NCBI GenBank assembly: GCA_010405405.1
Contig: MU004232.1
Span: 1,507,481 to 1,571,480, forward strand
DNA: 64,000 nt
Direction: 5' to 3'
Source of the DNA: Microthyrium microscopicum
Lineage: Eukaryota
Each line of letters starts with the position of its first letter. Positions within the stretch are counted from its first letter, which is position 1. Positions 52,051 through 64,000 of this stretch are shown here, piece by piece. The notes below the pieces were generated by a model. That model was given only the letters and a program-made list of their open reading frames with translations. It was not told where the DNA came from and did not search any database. The translations under genes and the position numbers were made by a program.

Positions 52051-54737
52051 ATGTCTCGTTCGTTCGTCCAGCATGGCCGAATCTTGGCGCTACTGGTTAG
52101 CTGTTTGCTGTATGGTTTGGTAGCTGGGCAAACTCCTTTCAACGTGCTAGATTTTGTCGATCCATTGATTGGAACGGCAGCGGGAGGTCAGTGTGGTGAA
52201 TCTATAACTTGGGCGCCGCTAATGTTGTTAAAGGACATGTGTTTCCTGGAGCTACTATGCCGTTTGGTAAGAAGATCATCTCTCAAGTCATTTCGGACCA
52301 TTCAGCTAACAGATATCATAGGGATGGCAAAGCCAGTGGCTGACGTTCTTGGTGAAAACCAAGGAGGATTCTCAACAGATTCTTCAGCCGTCTATGGATT
52401 TTCGCATATGCATGACTCTGGAACTGGTGGTGTGAGTTGGCCCAGCTAATTCTCACAGACAATCTGCTAGAAATTGCTCCACATCAATATCTCAAAGAAG
52501 TCAGCAGCTAATATGGTAGATAGTCTCCATCTATGGGCAATTTCCCTATCTGGCCTCAAATAGGATGCGTTAATGATGACATTCAAAGATGTGCACTGGA
52601 ACGTAATGCGCGATCTGCGGTGTATTTGAAAGACAGTGTAGTCTCCAAGCCTGGCTATTTCGCTCTTAGCTTGGACAACGCCATGACTGCAGAAATGACA
52701 GCGACCAATCGAACAGCTTTGTATAGATTTGGTTTTCCCGGCGTCATACCCAAAGACAACACTACGCAATTCGATGGCTTCGTCTATAGCCCGACTTATG
52801 CCATAGATCTGACGGATTTGCCTAACACCAGGAAGGATGGCGGTGCCAAAATCGATTTTGCCACTGGACGAATCACGACAAGCGGCACCTTCAATCCAAG
52901 TTTCGGAATTGGCACATATGCGTCATATGCGTGTTTTGATTTCAAAGGCGCCAAAATACGTGATGCTGGGGTCTGGAAGGCTGGCAGAGCGGGCGTCGCG
53001 CCAGAAGTTCGGGTTGTGCCTGATGGAGTCAACACTAATGGTGGAACTGGACTCAGTGCCGGTGCTTGGATCCGATTCAATCAGACAGCTCCAGGACCCA
53101 CGAACATGACGGTCCGAGTAGGAGTCAGCTTTATATCCGAAGAGAAGGCATGTCGAAACGCAGAAACGGAAATCCCAGACTTTGATTTTGCCAAAGTTCG
53201 TCGTGCAAGTGAAGAAGCATGGAAGGTCAAATTGAGCCCAATTTCCGTCGACAGCTTTGGAATCAACACGGATTTGCAAAAGTCTTTCTGGAGTGGGCTG
53301 TATCGCAATTTCATCAGTCCTCAGGATTACACGGGCGAGAACCCACTGTGGAAGAGCGATGAGCCATATTACGATTCGTACTATTGTATATGGGATTCTT
53401 ATCGCAGCATGCATCAACTCATTACGCTTATCGATCCTCACTCGCAAACTCTGATGATTCGGAGTTTGATCGATATCTATCGGCACGAGGGATGGCTACC
53501 AGACTGCCGCATGTCTCTATGCAAAGGTTTTACACAAGGTGGATCGAATGCTGACACTCTTCTGGTAGACTCTTGGATAAAAGGAATATCCGATGGCGTG
53601 GATTGGAAAACCGCATACGAAGCCATGATTAAAGATGCGGAAGTTGAGCCTCTGAACTGGAGCGTCGAAGGTCGTGGCGGGCTCAGAAGCTGGAAGACGC
53701 TTGGATACATCCCTAAAGACGACTTTGATCCCATTGGAAGCGGTGCATTCACGAGAAGTATTTCTCGCACTGTTGAGTATGCTTACAACGACTACAACAT
53801 TGCTTTGATGGCACAAGCTACTGGAAAGCTAGAGGATGCTGAGAAATACTTCAAGCGTTCGCACAACTGGAAGAATCTTTTCAAGCCAGATCAGAATTCC
53901 ACAATTCGAGATGTCGACACAGGCTTCCGTGGGTTCCTTCAACCTAAAGCTATAAACGGGTCCTGGGAATATCAAGATCCAATCGTGTGCTCTCATGAGC
54001 TCAATTTCGATGGCTGCTACCTGAACCCTCAAGGAACTGAGACGTATGAAGGTAGCCCATGGATGTACACGTTCTACGTACCTGGAGACATGGCCGAGCT
54101 CATCAAACGCCTTGGAGGCCCAGACACATTCGTCAGACGTCTCGACTTTTACCACGAAACTCAAATCCAATACATTGGAGATGAACAAGCGTTCCTACTT
54201 GTTTACCTGTACCATTACGCCGGTAGACCAGCCATGTCAGCCCAACGAGCACATTTCTACATCCCCAGCTTCTTCACAGCCACCAACGGAGGCTTACCCG
54301 GAAACGACGACAGTGGTGCCATGGGCAGCTTCGTCGTCCTGACTATGCTTGGAATCTTCCCTAATCCTGGCCAAAACGTCTATTTCATTATACCCCCATT
54401 CTTCCCCTGTGTAAATATCACCAATCCTGTGTCCGGCAAAACGGCCACGATTCGAAACATCAACTTTGATCCAGCATATCGGAATATATATATCCAAAGT
54501 GCTACTTTAAATGGAAAGCCATATACGAAAAACTGGATCACTCATGACCTTTTCTTGCATGGTGGCGTGCTTGAGCTCACTTTGGGATCAAGAGAAAGCG
54601 AATGGGGGACGAAACCGGAGGATAGACCCCCAAGTTTGTCCACGTCTGGCTTTGTAAATAAGACCATGTCACAGCAGGCGTGGCTTGACGAGCTTGATAT
54701 CCAAAACAGCATTTCGGTAGAGCCAGTGCTGGCTTGA
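52051..54737 (+). CDS. GH92 alpha-1,2-mannosidase, secreted, multi-exon
   Basis: Signal peptide; VDPLIGT, GFSHMHDSGTGG, YCIWDSYRS, TQGGSNAD, SRTVEYAYND, LPGNDDSGAM. Confidence 0.93.
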
Positions 54738-54926
54738 AAAGGACAAAAGGCATTTACTGTAACTCGATCCTATTCTTCTAATTGATCCTCATTCTATTCT
54801 CTAGCCTTTGAACTCTGCTGAAGTAGGTGTACATGACTGTCTGAATTTTGAAAAAGGTTCCCATTAAGGCCCTGGTCGAAACCCGACCTCAAGTCAAATT
54901 GTCTTCTCTTGCGCGGCAATACTAGG

Positions 54927-55447
54927 TTAGATCGCCTTCTCTGCCGTCTTAAAGTTAGCCATCATCTCACTATCCTTCGTCCCCTGCCAGCCCGCAATCA
55001 GAGACGGCATTTTCCCCCTCACAGCCTTATACAACGTATCGATAACATCTCGATAATCTCCAATTGCCTTGTAGACCTTATTAGCAGCGCCAGCTTTGAT
55101 AAAACCATCCTTCTTGGCCACAATAGCTTTGGTAAATCTCTCGACTTCAGTATGTAGAGCTGATGAAGCACTGTACGTGCTGTACGCATCGTAGTAGCCT
55201 AGTTCCGGTAGCTTGTCGATGCTTCGTACTGAGTCGCGCAGACAACTTAGTATGTTGATTTGTCCATGACGGTGGTGGTGGATTGGGTTGTGCCGTCGAA
55301 GAGTCTGACTTCGGTGGTGATTTGTTGGACTCGTTTGGCGATTTCGCTTTGGCTTTTTAGAATGGGTGTGACGTCTCTTTGGTGGATTATGGGTGCTGTT
55401 AATACGTATGCTGCTGAGGCGAGCAGAGGAGGAAATGGACATATCAT
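54927..55447 (-). pseudogene. HsbA-like (hydrophobic surface binding / cell wall mannoprotein) gene with apparent frameshift near 55255
   Basis: Frame A: APIIHQRDVTPILKSQSEIAKRVQQITTEVRLFDG..DKST then stop; frame B continues ILSCLRDSVRSI..AIVAKKDGFIKAGA; no intron signals at the junction. Confidence 0.5.
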
Positions 55448-56365
55448 CGTGATAGGATAGAACGAAGCCTTGAGAGAAAAGGGATAGGAAGATGACAAAA
55501 TTTGGAGGAACGGCGGTACAAGTTACGACCAGAAAGAACGTTCAGCGTCCGTTGAGCTATATATGTATTTCTCTTCAGAATGAACAAAAACGATGAATCC
55601 ATTTCAGGCCGATTCGTCCGCCAGTGAGCCTAGGCTGTTGAAGAGACTAATCGACGACTTCGTTATAAGCCGCATTGTAAGTATAATGAAACCTCCAAAA
55701 TTGTACCATGACTTTCCCTTCGCTATTGAACATGATCAATCCACCCTATGACACTCTTTGGACTGTACTTGGGTGTAGATAAACTATTTAAGACGTGTAT
55801 AACCCTACAGAAGCTTCTCAGCCCGCTTTCAGGAGCGTAACCCTCACATTCGGGTCAAGTTTCGATGACAGTATTCCAAAAGGTTTGATATGCTCTATCT
55901 TAAGAATAATAGAGACACGAGCAAGAGAAAGTCGAAGCTTGTGATTCTCACGACGGTTTACTACATTCAAGTGCTCGCAGTGAAAAGTTTCTGAACATAA
56001 CCTGTACTTCAGTCACTTGACATTTGCAGACAATTGGCAACACTCTGGAGGATACTTCTGTCGTCTAATTCGATGTCGAGCCATCAAGTACTGTGGGCTT
56101 GTACTAATCACTTGGACAACATATATGATATAGCGCATGACTTCAATGGTTATAGCCGTCTTTCATTCAATAAAACTTTTGCTACGAGCTATAGCAAAGC
56201 AACCGCTCTCATAATGAACTTCACAAAGCCTGTTAGCCAACAGACAAGTATCCAAACTCCGGCCGGCCAGAAGGCAGGTAGGTACCGAGTGCCGAAAGCG
56301 CCAATACACCAACCCTCATGAGAGAAAGAAAAAGTCATCCATCCCAACGCCGAACCAGAATTTGC

Positions 56366-57230
56366 CTAGATCGTAGTGCCGACATCTTCGGCGTCGGTTT
56401 CGCCAGAGGCATCACGATCGGTTACCTCTGCCTTGATCTGGACATGGTTAGTTTCGTGCGTGATAGAAAGCTAGAGGATCCCGTCGAGTACGATGGGGAC
56501 CACAAAGGGAAGTGGTTCCCATATACCACGAGGAGAAATAATGGGGAATCATAGGAAACGTACTTGGACATCATCATCGCCCAACTCCTCCTCCTCCTCA
56601 ATAGCAGCCTGAGACTTGGCCTTCTTAGCCCCCTTACGACCTCCCGCAGCCGCCTTCTTGCGCTTTACAGCCGGAGTCGGAGTCGCAGCAACCGCCTCAC
56701 TCTCGCTCGCATCCTCACCAGCTTCGCCAGGAGTGCTTGCACCAGCCTTGCGCTTGTTGCCAGCAGTCGCTGGCGTAGATTTTGCGCTAGCGCTTCCGCC
56801 GGCAGTCTTGCGAGTAGCATTGATGGAGCCGTCGGCGATGCATTTTGCAATGAACTCCTCGAGGTTGGGCACGTCTTTGCCAGACGCGGGCTTGGGTGGG
56901 TTCTTGCACATGGAGTTGTAGCGCACGTAGATGGAGTGAGGCTTTGTGGTGCCGCCCAGGGCTTCGGCGACGAGCTTCCAGTTGGGCTGATGGGTGTTAG
57001 TGAGTGTGAGGGAAGTGTGAGATTGTGAAGCGAGTTTACCTGTTCGCCGGATTTGGCAGCTAGGAGTCGGAGACAGACCTGATGATGTTAGCGGATTGGT
57101 CAAATTGTCGTCAGATGCTGCGGAGCCATCGAGTACTCTGGCAGCCCATGATATTTTGAGGGTTTCGAGTGCTACGCCAAATTACGGCTCTTATGTGATT
57201 GGAGTCTTCTTACCCAGACGAGATAGGCAT
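56366..57230 (-). CDS. Small basic nuclear protein with Myb-like helix and Lys/Ala-rich tail, several short exons
   Basis: MPISS micro-exon; PNWKLVAEALGGTTKPHSIYVRY; KRK motifs; intron 56563-56438 (GTACGT..CTAAC..CAG); last exon IKAEVTD..TI*. Confidence 0.6.
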
Positions 57231-58629
57231 CGTCGTTGATTTTGCTTTCCTTGGGAGGCATCTTGTGGTCTTGTAGATTGGTGGATGTGCGGTAAGTGGT
57301 GAGAATTCAAGTCTGCCAGCTTGAGTTAGATATAGAGCCAATGATATAGCCAGAATTTGCACCAATGCTGTGATTATAGTGCTGGACGTATGATCCTCGT
57401 ACATACCTTGGGTCAGTGGAGAACCAAGAAAGAACTCTGACTTCGTGGTGAGGTGGAATTGGCTGAGTTGACTGAAGAGGACAAGAAGTGGAGGAGAGAG
57501 TTCAATCGAAGGGTTTTATGCACGAGAGATGTTTGCTGAGGGCAATATCAGTGAACTTTCGGCGATCGGTGAATCATAGAATCCGATGGAACGAATGCTC
57601 TCAATTGAAGAAATAGGAAAGAGACAATGATAGTGGTAGGGATGTTCAAACCTTATGTTGAGGAAATTCCCGAATATCGAAAGAATGAATGATACTAGCG
57701 TATTCATAGCTGTCAAATGACGCCAACAAGTACTCGAAATCGCAAGTGATACCTCTGCTTATTCACTCACTCTCGAAATTCAACATTGATGACTGTGGGT
57801 AATTGAAACAAGACTGTCATACGCTGAGATCGACGGCGAAATGGCTGATATCTCGGTGGAGAGACAAGTCTGATTTGATGATATGGATGTTATGTGTTAT
57901 GCATCGGGCTTTTCTCCATCTGCCACAACTAAGCAGATGAATAGTTCAACAGAAGCGGTCTGTCCCGCCTAGTTAATACCAAACGGGACCACAGTGTGAA
58001 CCTTTTCTTTTGTCAGTCGACCATTTGGGTCTCTTAACCCCCTCTAAAAGGAATTGGGCTGTACTGCAGAGTCCCGAAACGACCAAGGCTGATTGATAGA
58101 GCGGTGGCAGGCACGGCACAGTTCGCTAAGAGGAAAAGGGACATACCGTACCTATCAAGCTTGTCTGTAGGCAGAAGATATCAGAATCGTACGTAGAGTC
58201 GAACAACCATTTACCGACTCATCCATCCCAATCTTCTGGAAGCCTCTCATGTACCACACATAATTCTCCGAACAAAAATCTACCAGACTTTCCAAAACAG
58301 GACAATGTACCTGACGATCAAAATCTTCAAGGCCCCCAAACACAACAGTTCCCACGATACCGGGAACCATTCAAAAAATGTGACCCAAGAATCGAACGAC
58401 CGGCCAAACCTTCACGGAGCTGAGACCTGCGCTGCACACTTCCCAAGCCCATCACCAACTCCTCGGCGCAGAAAACTCAACCTCGACTGCTCACAATTCA
58501 AACAACCCACAGGCGTGGGGCCAATCATCTCCCATCACCAGAGTGTCGCCGTGAAAAAAGCAAAATGCGCGACCGGCCAAGCGTGTGCGTTTTCTGGGAG
58601 AACCACATGGAGAGAACTCCTCGTGCGCG

Positions 58630-58687
58630 CCACGTTCAAGTCCACGTTCAGTTTCACCACGTTTTAAGTCCACGTTTGTCACGTTTT
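58630..58687. repeat. Five-fold (C)CACGTT motif array
   Basis: CCACGTTCAAGT CCACGTTCAGTTTCA CCACGTTTTAAGT CCACGTTTGT CACGTTTT. Confidence 0.6.
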
Positions 58688-59479
58688 GTTCTTGCACCAG
58701 TCTACTGTGCATAGGAAGTTAGGAACGTACATGGGGCCAGACCTTACATGACCTTAGTCTGCATGAGCCGTCCTGCATGGGCAAAACTGGCCGGTATGAA
58801 TCGTCGGGGGTCCCGAGATGAGGATATCGGATACCAACCTCATCTTGGAGAATTACGTGCGAAATCAATGTGATCGATCACGACGAATTTGGGGATTTAC
58901 GATGAGGTTGGTGGTTGTTTGGTGGTCTAGGCTTCCCGAGGCTTGGCTGTGCAGATGGGGTTATGCGGCTCGGGCCGACATAGCACTTGAGTTCGAGGAT
59001 GGAGAGAAGCTAGCCAGTTGTTATTTATGATGTTGTTGGGTGGATTTAGGTTTCGTGATGAGAGGTAGACAGTATTATGATAAGTTGAGCTTCAGTGGTT
59101 CTGAGGATGGTTTGGTTGTTGATGCTTGTGGTGAATCTGGATGTTGAAGGATTGAAGTTAGAAAGTAGTATCGAGGAGTCCAACCCCGATTAGTGTCAAG
59201 TACATAACCGATAGACCAGCCATGCGGTGTTTCAGTGTTAGCTCCAACCTCAAAAATTACTCTAGCTTGAAGGAGCGGGACGGTACATGAAGATAACTCT
59301 CCGGTCACTGCTCTAGTACTGTGATTCGACCGCATACCACTTTCTCTACATGCTTTCCAACGCCCATTCCAAATTAGTTGCGCCACGATTGAAGGAACAC
59401 TCTTTTGGTCTCAAGATCTCAATGAAACTGATATTCTCTCCAAAGATGTAAAACGGCTGCAATATCTAGCACATCTCAA

Positions 59480-61626
59480 TTACCCACCCTCAGCCTCGCT
59501 GCCCACCAGATCCTTGAAATCCATCCCAACTTGTCCCAACATGGTTGCATGCTCCTGCGCTCTAGCCATACACGCCGTCCAAGTATCGCTCCCACGCTCC
59601 ACACTGCTCAACTGCCGCTGCAATAGGGCATTGAAGTCATCTACATGGCCCTTGGCCCACTTGACGCACGCGCTGAGCATGGTTGGTGGGAAGCACGCCT
59701 GGAAGATGATGGCGCAGTGCTTGATGATGGTGAAGTAGATGAATGACACTTGGTAGATATACAGATGTAGATCGCCGTCGAAGATCACTTGCCTGTATAT
59801 TGTTAGTCATATTCTTTTAAGGATCGATGAGATATACCTTATGCGTTTGTGGATGACTGTGGTGCGGGCTTCAAGATATGCTTCGCGTGCACGATCTTCG
59901 AAACCCAGGCGGAAGAGCCAGTTGACGTTCTTCTCTACGCTGGACATCCATGAATGAGCATCGGCTAAATAACGTGTGATAGTGCCAGCTAGGTGAGCTG
60001 CGCGCTCATCAAGTTTACGATTGAGACTTGTTTGAGCAGCCGTGTTCGAGCGGATGTTGTGAACTATCCTTCGGAGCGTTTCTATTCTGGCAACGGCTTC
60101 TTCAAAACGTTGAAGTGCCGTGTCAATATCAAGGTCGTCCATTTGCGCTTCGATCCATCGTAGATTCTGTGGTTTGCCATCCACATCTACAAGAAAGTCC
60201 GATTTATTGGTGCTGGCAAAAGCATCACCGAAAGTCGTTTTAAACAATGGTGAGCTGAGGCCATTATTGGATTCCTCGTTGCGAGTCTGATCTTGATTTT
60301 CAGAGTCGAGTTTACGTCGAAGATCCTCAGAGGTCTTGCGAAAGCTTGAGAGAAGGGATATTTTCTCGTTGATTTCTTTACTGGCGGTCGCAAAAGTGAG
60401 GGATTCTGCTCCCACGCGTACGTTCACTGAATGTGAGGAACTTGCCGGATCTCCAGTGCCAGGCGTCACTCGCATTGCCAAGTCTGCTATATTGACATCC
60501 TGGAGTGGCCAGCATTTCACAGCTGTTAGGGGCGCAGAGGGTTGTTCATCTCGTTGTTTCTTTCGTGGATCTTTGGTTGCTTCAGAACGCTTCTTTTCAG
60601 TCGCTATTAAAAGGTGATCATTGAGTAAAATCAAGTGGACTTTTCTTCGCGGCTTCCAAGTTGCCGAATTGAGTTCTACCCATCTCCCTGATTCATAAAC
60701 CACGTGTCGCCCAGCTATAGCAGGTAGATATTTCTGAGACCCTTCCACCCTCCTCCACAACTCTTGTAGATGGGAAGTCCAAAGCGCTTCCAGATTCGCA
60801 ACAGAAGATCGATTAGCCCGGTTTCGTGATGACATGGAGAAAGTGTCCACTGGGGGTGGTGCACCACCTGCGACAGAGACCTGAGCTAAAGTACCCGTTA
60901 ATTCCGACATGAGATTCCGCATTGTTCGAAGTTCGGTCTTAAGCTTATCAGCATCCTTGCTAATCTTTATGAATTGGGTTCGATTTTGGAAAACGTTTCG
61001 TTGAATGTCGGAACCGGCTCGTTGTTTCAGGCGTTGAAGTTCACGCTGGAATAGAGTTATATCAGCCGCAGTCGCGTCCCTAAGTTCTGCGGTTACATCT
61101 TTCCTCCAGTTAGTGGAAGCTTCTTTTTGGAGAACGATAGTGAGTTATACATACAACGATCAGGGTCATATTTTCCATCTTGTAAAACTGTAGGATCAAC
61201 TGTAATCACTCTCCCCTCACTCGTCTCTTCTTGCAATGGCTGCGCATACCTCTTAGGCATGGAAGGCATTGACGGAACAGGAGGAGCGGCATCTCCAAGA
61301 TCTTGCTGGGGTTGAAAGCGTGTGGAATACCGCCGCTTCACCAAGTCGGCAGTCTGGTCGGTGTTTCGAGGTCGCGCTCGTGGCCCGCCTGGTAATCCTC
61401 CGGCAGGTCCACCGGCACCAGCTTGCAAAGAGCCGGGTAAGCCATCTCGATTGCGAGTTGCACTGGTAGCTGTAGTAGCTGTGGTACTAGCTGTGGATGG
61501 TCTGGAAGCAGCTTCTTTGAGGTCGATGGTGTTGTTGGCGGCTTTTGGGGCGGATATAAGGGTTGGATTGGAGATCTTGAGCTTGCCAGTACGCTTTTGA
61601 CGAAGGGACTTGCCCTTGTCATCCAT
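59480..61626 (-). CDS. EXO84: Exocyst complex component Exo84, multi-exon
   Basis: ISNP, DLVKRRYSTRF, QRNVFQNRTQFIKIS, VEGSQKYLPAI.GRHV..ESGRWVELN, PH domain LLNDHLLIA, LGFEDRAREAYL. Confidence 0.93.
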
Positions 61627-62016
61627 AATGGGATCAGTAATACGCTGGCAGTGTTGGCATTTGTCGTAGGATCAGGTGGTGAAGATGAGACGGTCGGAGG
61701 ATGACAACCTTATAGACGCAGTTTGGTTGAAGGTTGTCATGTAGAGAGCTCCTGCAAGGTCCAAGAACAACCCATGGATCTCCCGCAAATTGATGCCAAG
61801 AGAAAGTTGAGCCACAGAAAGAAGGCTCCAGCCACCTGCACTGTTTCTGCCTTCAGCCTCCAGTGGAGGTATGTTCCAACTTAAACTCCATCACCATTCC
61901 CAGAACAGAAGTCGAGGTCCAAGCGTTAAAAAGTTCATTGAATCAAGACAATTACCGCATCAATCGCTTTTCGTCTTCTATCCCTTTCACCACTTCATAA
62001 CACACTTTTCCTCAAC

Positions 62017-62604
62017 ATGGACCGAACAACCACCGTCCTTTCCATCTCAGCAGGTGCTGCTATCACCGGACTCCTCGCATACGCCGTCTATTTCGATCAT
62101 CGCCGGAGAACCGATGCTGAGTTCCGCAAATCATTAAAGCGAGAGTCCAAACGACAGGAGAAAGCACACAAGGCCGAACAAGAAGCTTCTGCTCAATCCA
62201 AGCGACGAGAAATCATGGCTCTAGTACGCGACATGAACGCCGAAGGTTTCCCTACCGATGCCGATACAAGAGAACGCCTCTTCCTTGAATCAATGACACT
62301 GGGCGAACAATACGCAGCGAGTATGTCATCTTTACACCAGAAGCTCCAGCTCCTGATACTAACAATGCTTCAGCTGGTCAAAATATGGACGCCGCCGCAA
62401 ATCTATTCAAATGTCTAAAGATGTATCCAGCCAAGGCCGAGCTGATAAAATTGTTCGACACTACGGTTCCAAAGGTATGCCACTGCAAATAATCTGCGAT
62501 TATACATACTAATCAAGTTGTAGGACGTCTTAGATATCCTCGCCGTAATGATCGCGACGGATCCAGATCTATCTGCTGAAGACGCTCTCGATGACATCTC
62601 ATAA
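62017..62604 (+). CDS. TOM20: Mitochondrial import receptor Tom20 (MAS20 family), two introns
   Basis: TM followed by YAVYFDHRRRTDAEFRKSLK; LKMYPAKAELIKLFDTTVPK^DVLDILAVM. Confidence 0.92.
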
Positions 62605-63302
62605 GCGAGCTCTGCCAATTCACCATGGCACCTCGCGTACAGACCTCTCCCAACGACCCGTAACTCGACTCTTCTCATGCATCACTCCTCCATCCTTCAA
62701 GAGCCATAATTTCTTCTTCAGTCCGCCATGTATAAAGTTGAATGTGTATTATTAGTGGCGGAGCAGCTTTGCGAACTTGGGCCAAGGGCTCTATGATGAC
62801 GAACAGCATCGATGAATAAGTTTGGCGATTCTGCATATTTGGAACGGCTAGCAAAGGGACGTGTTAGGCGTTGTGTTTTTAGACGGAAATCCCAGCTTCA
62901 TCATCATTTTTCCCGATCTATGCTCTTTCCCAACGAGGCCAACAACAATGCTAACGGTACAGGTATAGTCTACGGCCACCACATGTAAAGCAACATGTTC
63001 ATAGCACCAAAGGCCAAGCGCAAGCAATCTACGCATCTCGATGAGTAGTCGTTCACCTTACAAGATGTACAAGGAGCCGCTTGGTAGATTGCTAGATTGG
63101 AGAACTGGATAACCGATTACTTCCAACTAACAAGCTGTAAACGCGATTTATGCTGCCATCTTGGCTGTTGATGTGGATTTTATGGAGAAAAGAGCAATCA
63201 TATTATTTACTAGTAATACGACAATCGTGTTCACACTTCCGATCATCGCTCAATCAACCACCACACTATCGTACGCCATCAAGTACCTGTACCACACGCC
63301 AT

Positions 63303-64000
63303 CTACGGATGCCATCTAAATCCAGGATGACGGTAATCCAAATCATCAATCTCCTTCTGACTCAGCCCACTCAACGTTCCCTCCGTATCCACGGATTCCC
63401 GCTTTCGATTATTGGCCGTCATCCACAACAGCAACAAAATACTGACGACAAAGATTGTACTCGATGTCGCCAAATTGAGTCCATTTCCAATCTTGTAGTC
63501 GGGCTTATCGAAGGGCAAGAAACTCCACGTTGCAATCAGGCCACCGATATTGCCAAACATGACATTCGTCCCAATCGCACTGCCCCGCGAAGTGTCTGAT
63601 ACAACATTCGCTGATACATGAGCATTACACAGTGCACCAAGACTGAATGCACTGGCAGCAATCAAGAACGTCGCGCCATATCGAGTGTTTGGATTCTTGG
63701 AGGCTAAGAACATGATATACCCGATCATAGTCAATGGTGCGCTAGCGATGAACCAGATTACTCGTTTATTCATGCGCCATGACATGAATGGAATGGCGAC
63801 TGTGAAAAAGGCTCCAATGATATATGGTGGTACGGTCTTGAGCTGCTGGAATACGGTGCTGTGTTGAGGCGCTGGATATATGGTTGCCACAATCGTTGGC
63901 GCAAAGAAAGCCAAGCCTTGGACAGTAACGTTATTGAGCAGAAAGATGAAGCTCGTTACTAGTGTGTTCGGGTTGAGTATGCCACGCATGATTTTCTTCA
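63303..64000 (-). CDS. MFS transporter, allantoate/nicotinate (Dal5/Tna1) family, C-terminal part only
   Basis: FFAPTIV..QLKTVPPY, GNIGGLIATWSF, DLDYRHPGFRW; runs off window end. Confidence 0.88.
   Translation of the reverse strand, partial: KKIMRGILNPNTLVTSFIFLLNNVTVQGLAFFAPTIVATIYPAPQHSTVFQQLKTVPPYIIGAFFTVAIPFMSWRMNKRVIWFIASAPLTMIGYIMFLASKNPNTRYGATFLIAASAFSLGALCNAHVSANVVSDTSRGSAIGTNVMFGNIGGLIATWSFLPFDKPDYKIGNGLNLATSSTIFVVSILLLLWMTANNRKRESVDTEGTLSGLSQKEIDDLDYRHPGFRWHP

Noticed and set aside
58630..58687. CRISPR-like array
   Set aside because: Eukaryotic DNA; units far too short, no spacers or cas genes

Overview
Gene-dense, intron-containing genomic DNA from a filamentous ascomycete (short GT..CTRAC..YAG introns; the Pezizomycotina/Dothideomycete-like assignment is an inference). 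About 28 protein genes are supported, including GID8-like, a P450, DCG1-like racemase, FPR2, CHS7, DPP5, a sugar porter/GH51 divergent pair, OCT1, acid sphingomyelinase-like, ferric reductase, GUP1, GH92, EXO84 and TOM20. The standout is a tRNA-Val(UAC) gene on the minus strand (12743-12871). Its T-stem is split between positions 51 and 52 by a 56-nt insert with every hallmark of a spliceosomal (U2-type) intron: GTACGT donor, GCTGAC branch point, TTTAG acceptor. Removing it at GT/AG restores a perfect 73-nt cloverleaf. Also found: three 213-bp copies of a MITE family with target-site duplications within 3.7 kb, a probable box C/D snoRNA in the GID8 intron, a 71-aa His/charge-rich secreted peptide recovered only after splicing, and a frameshifted HsbA-like gene. 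All calls were made by reading the sequence; no searches were run.
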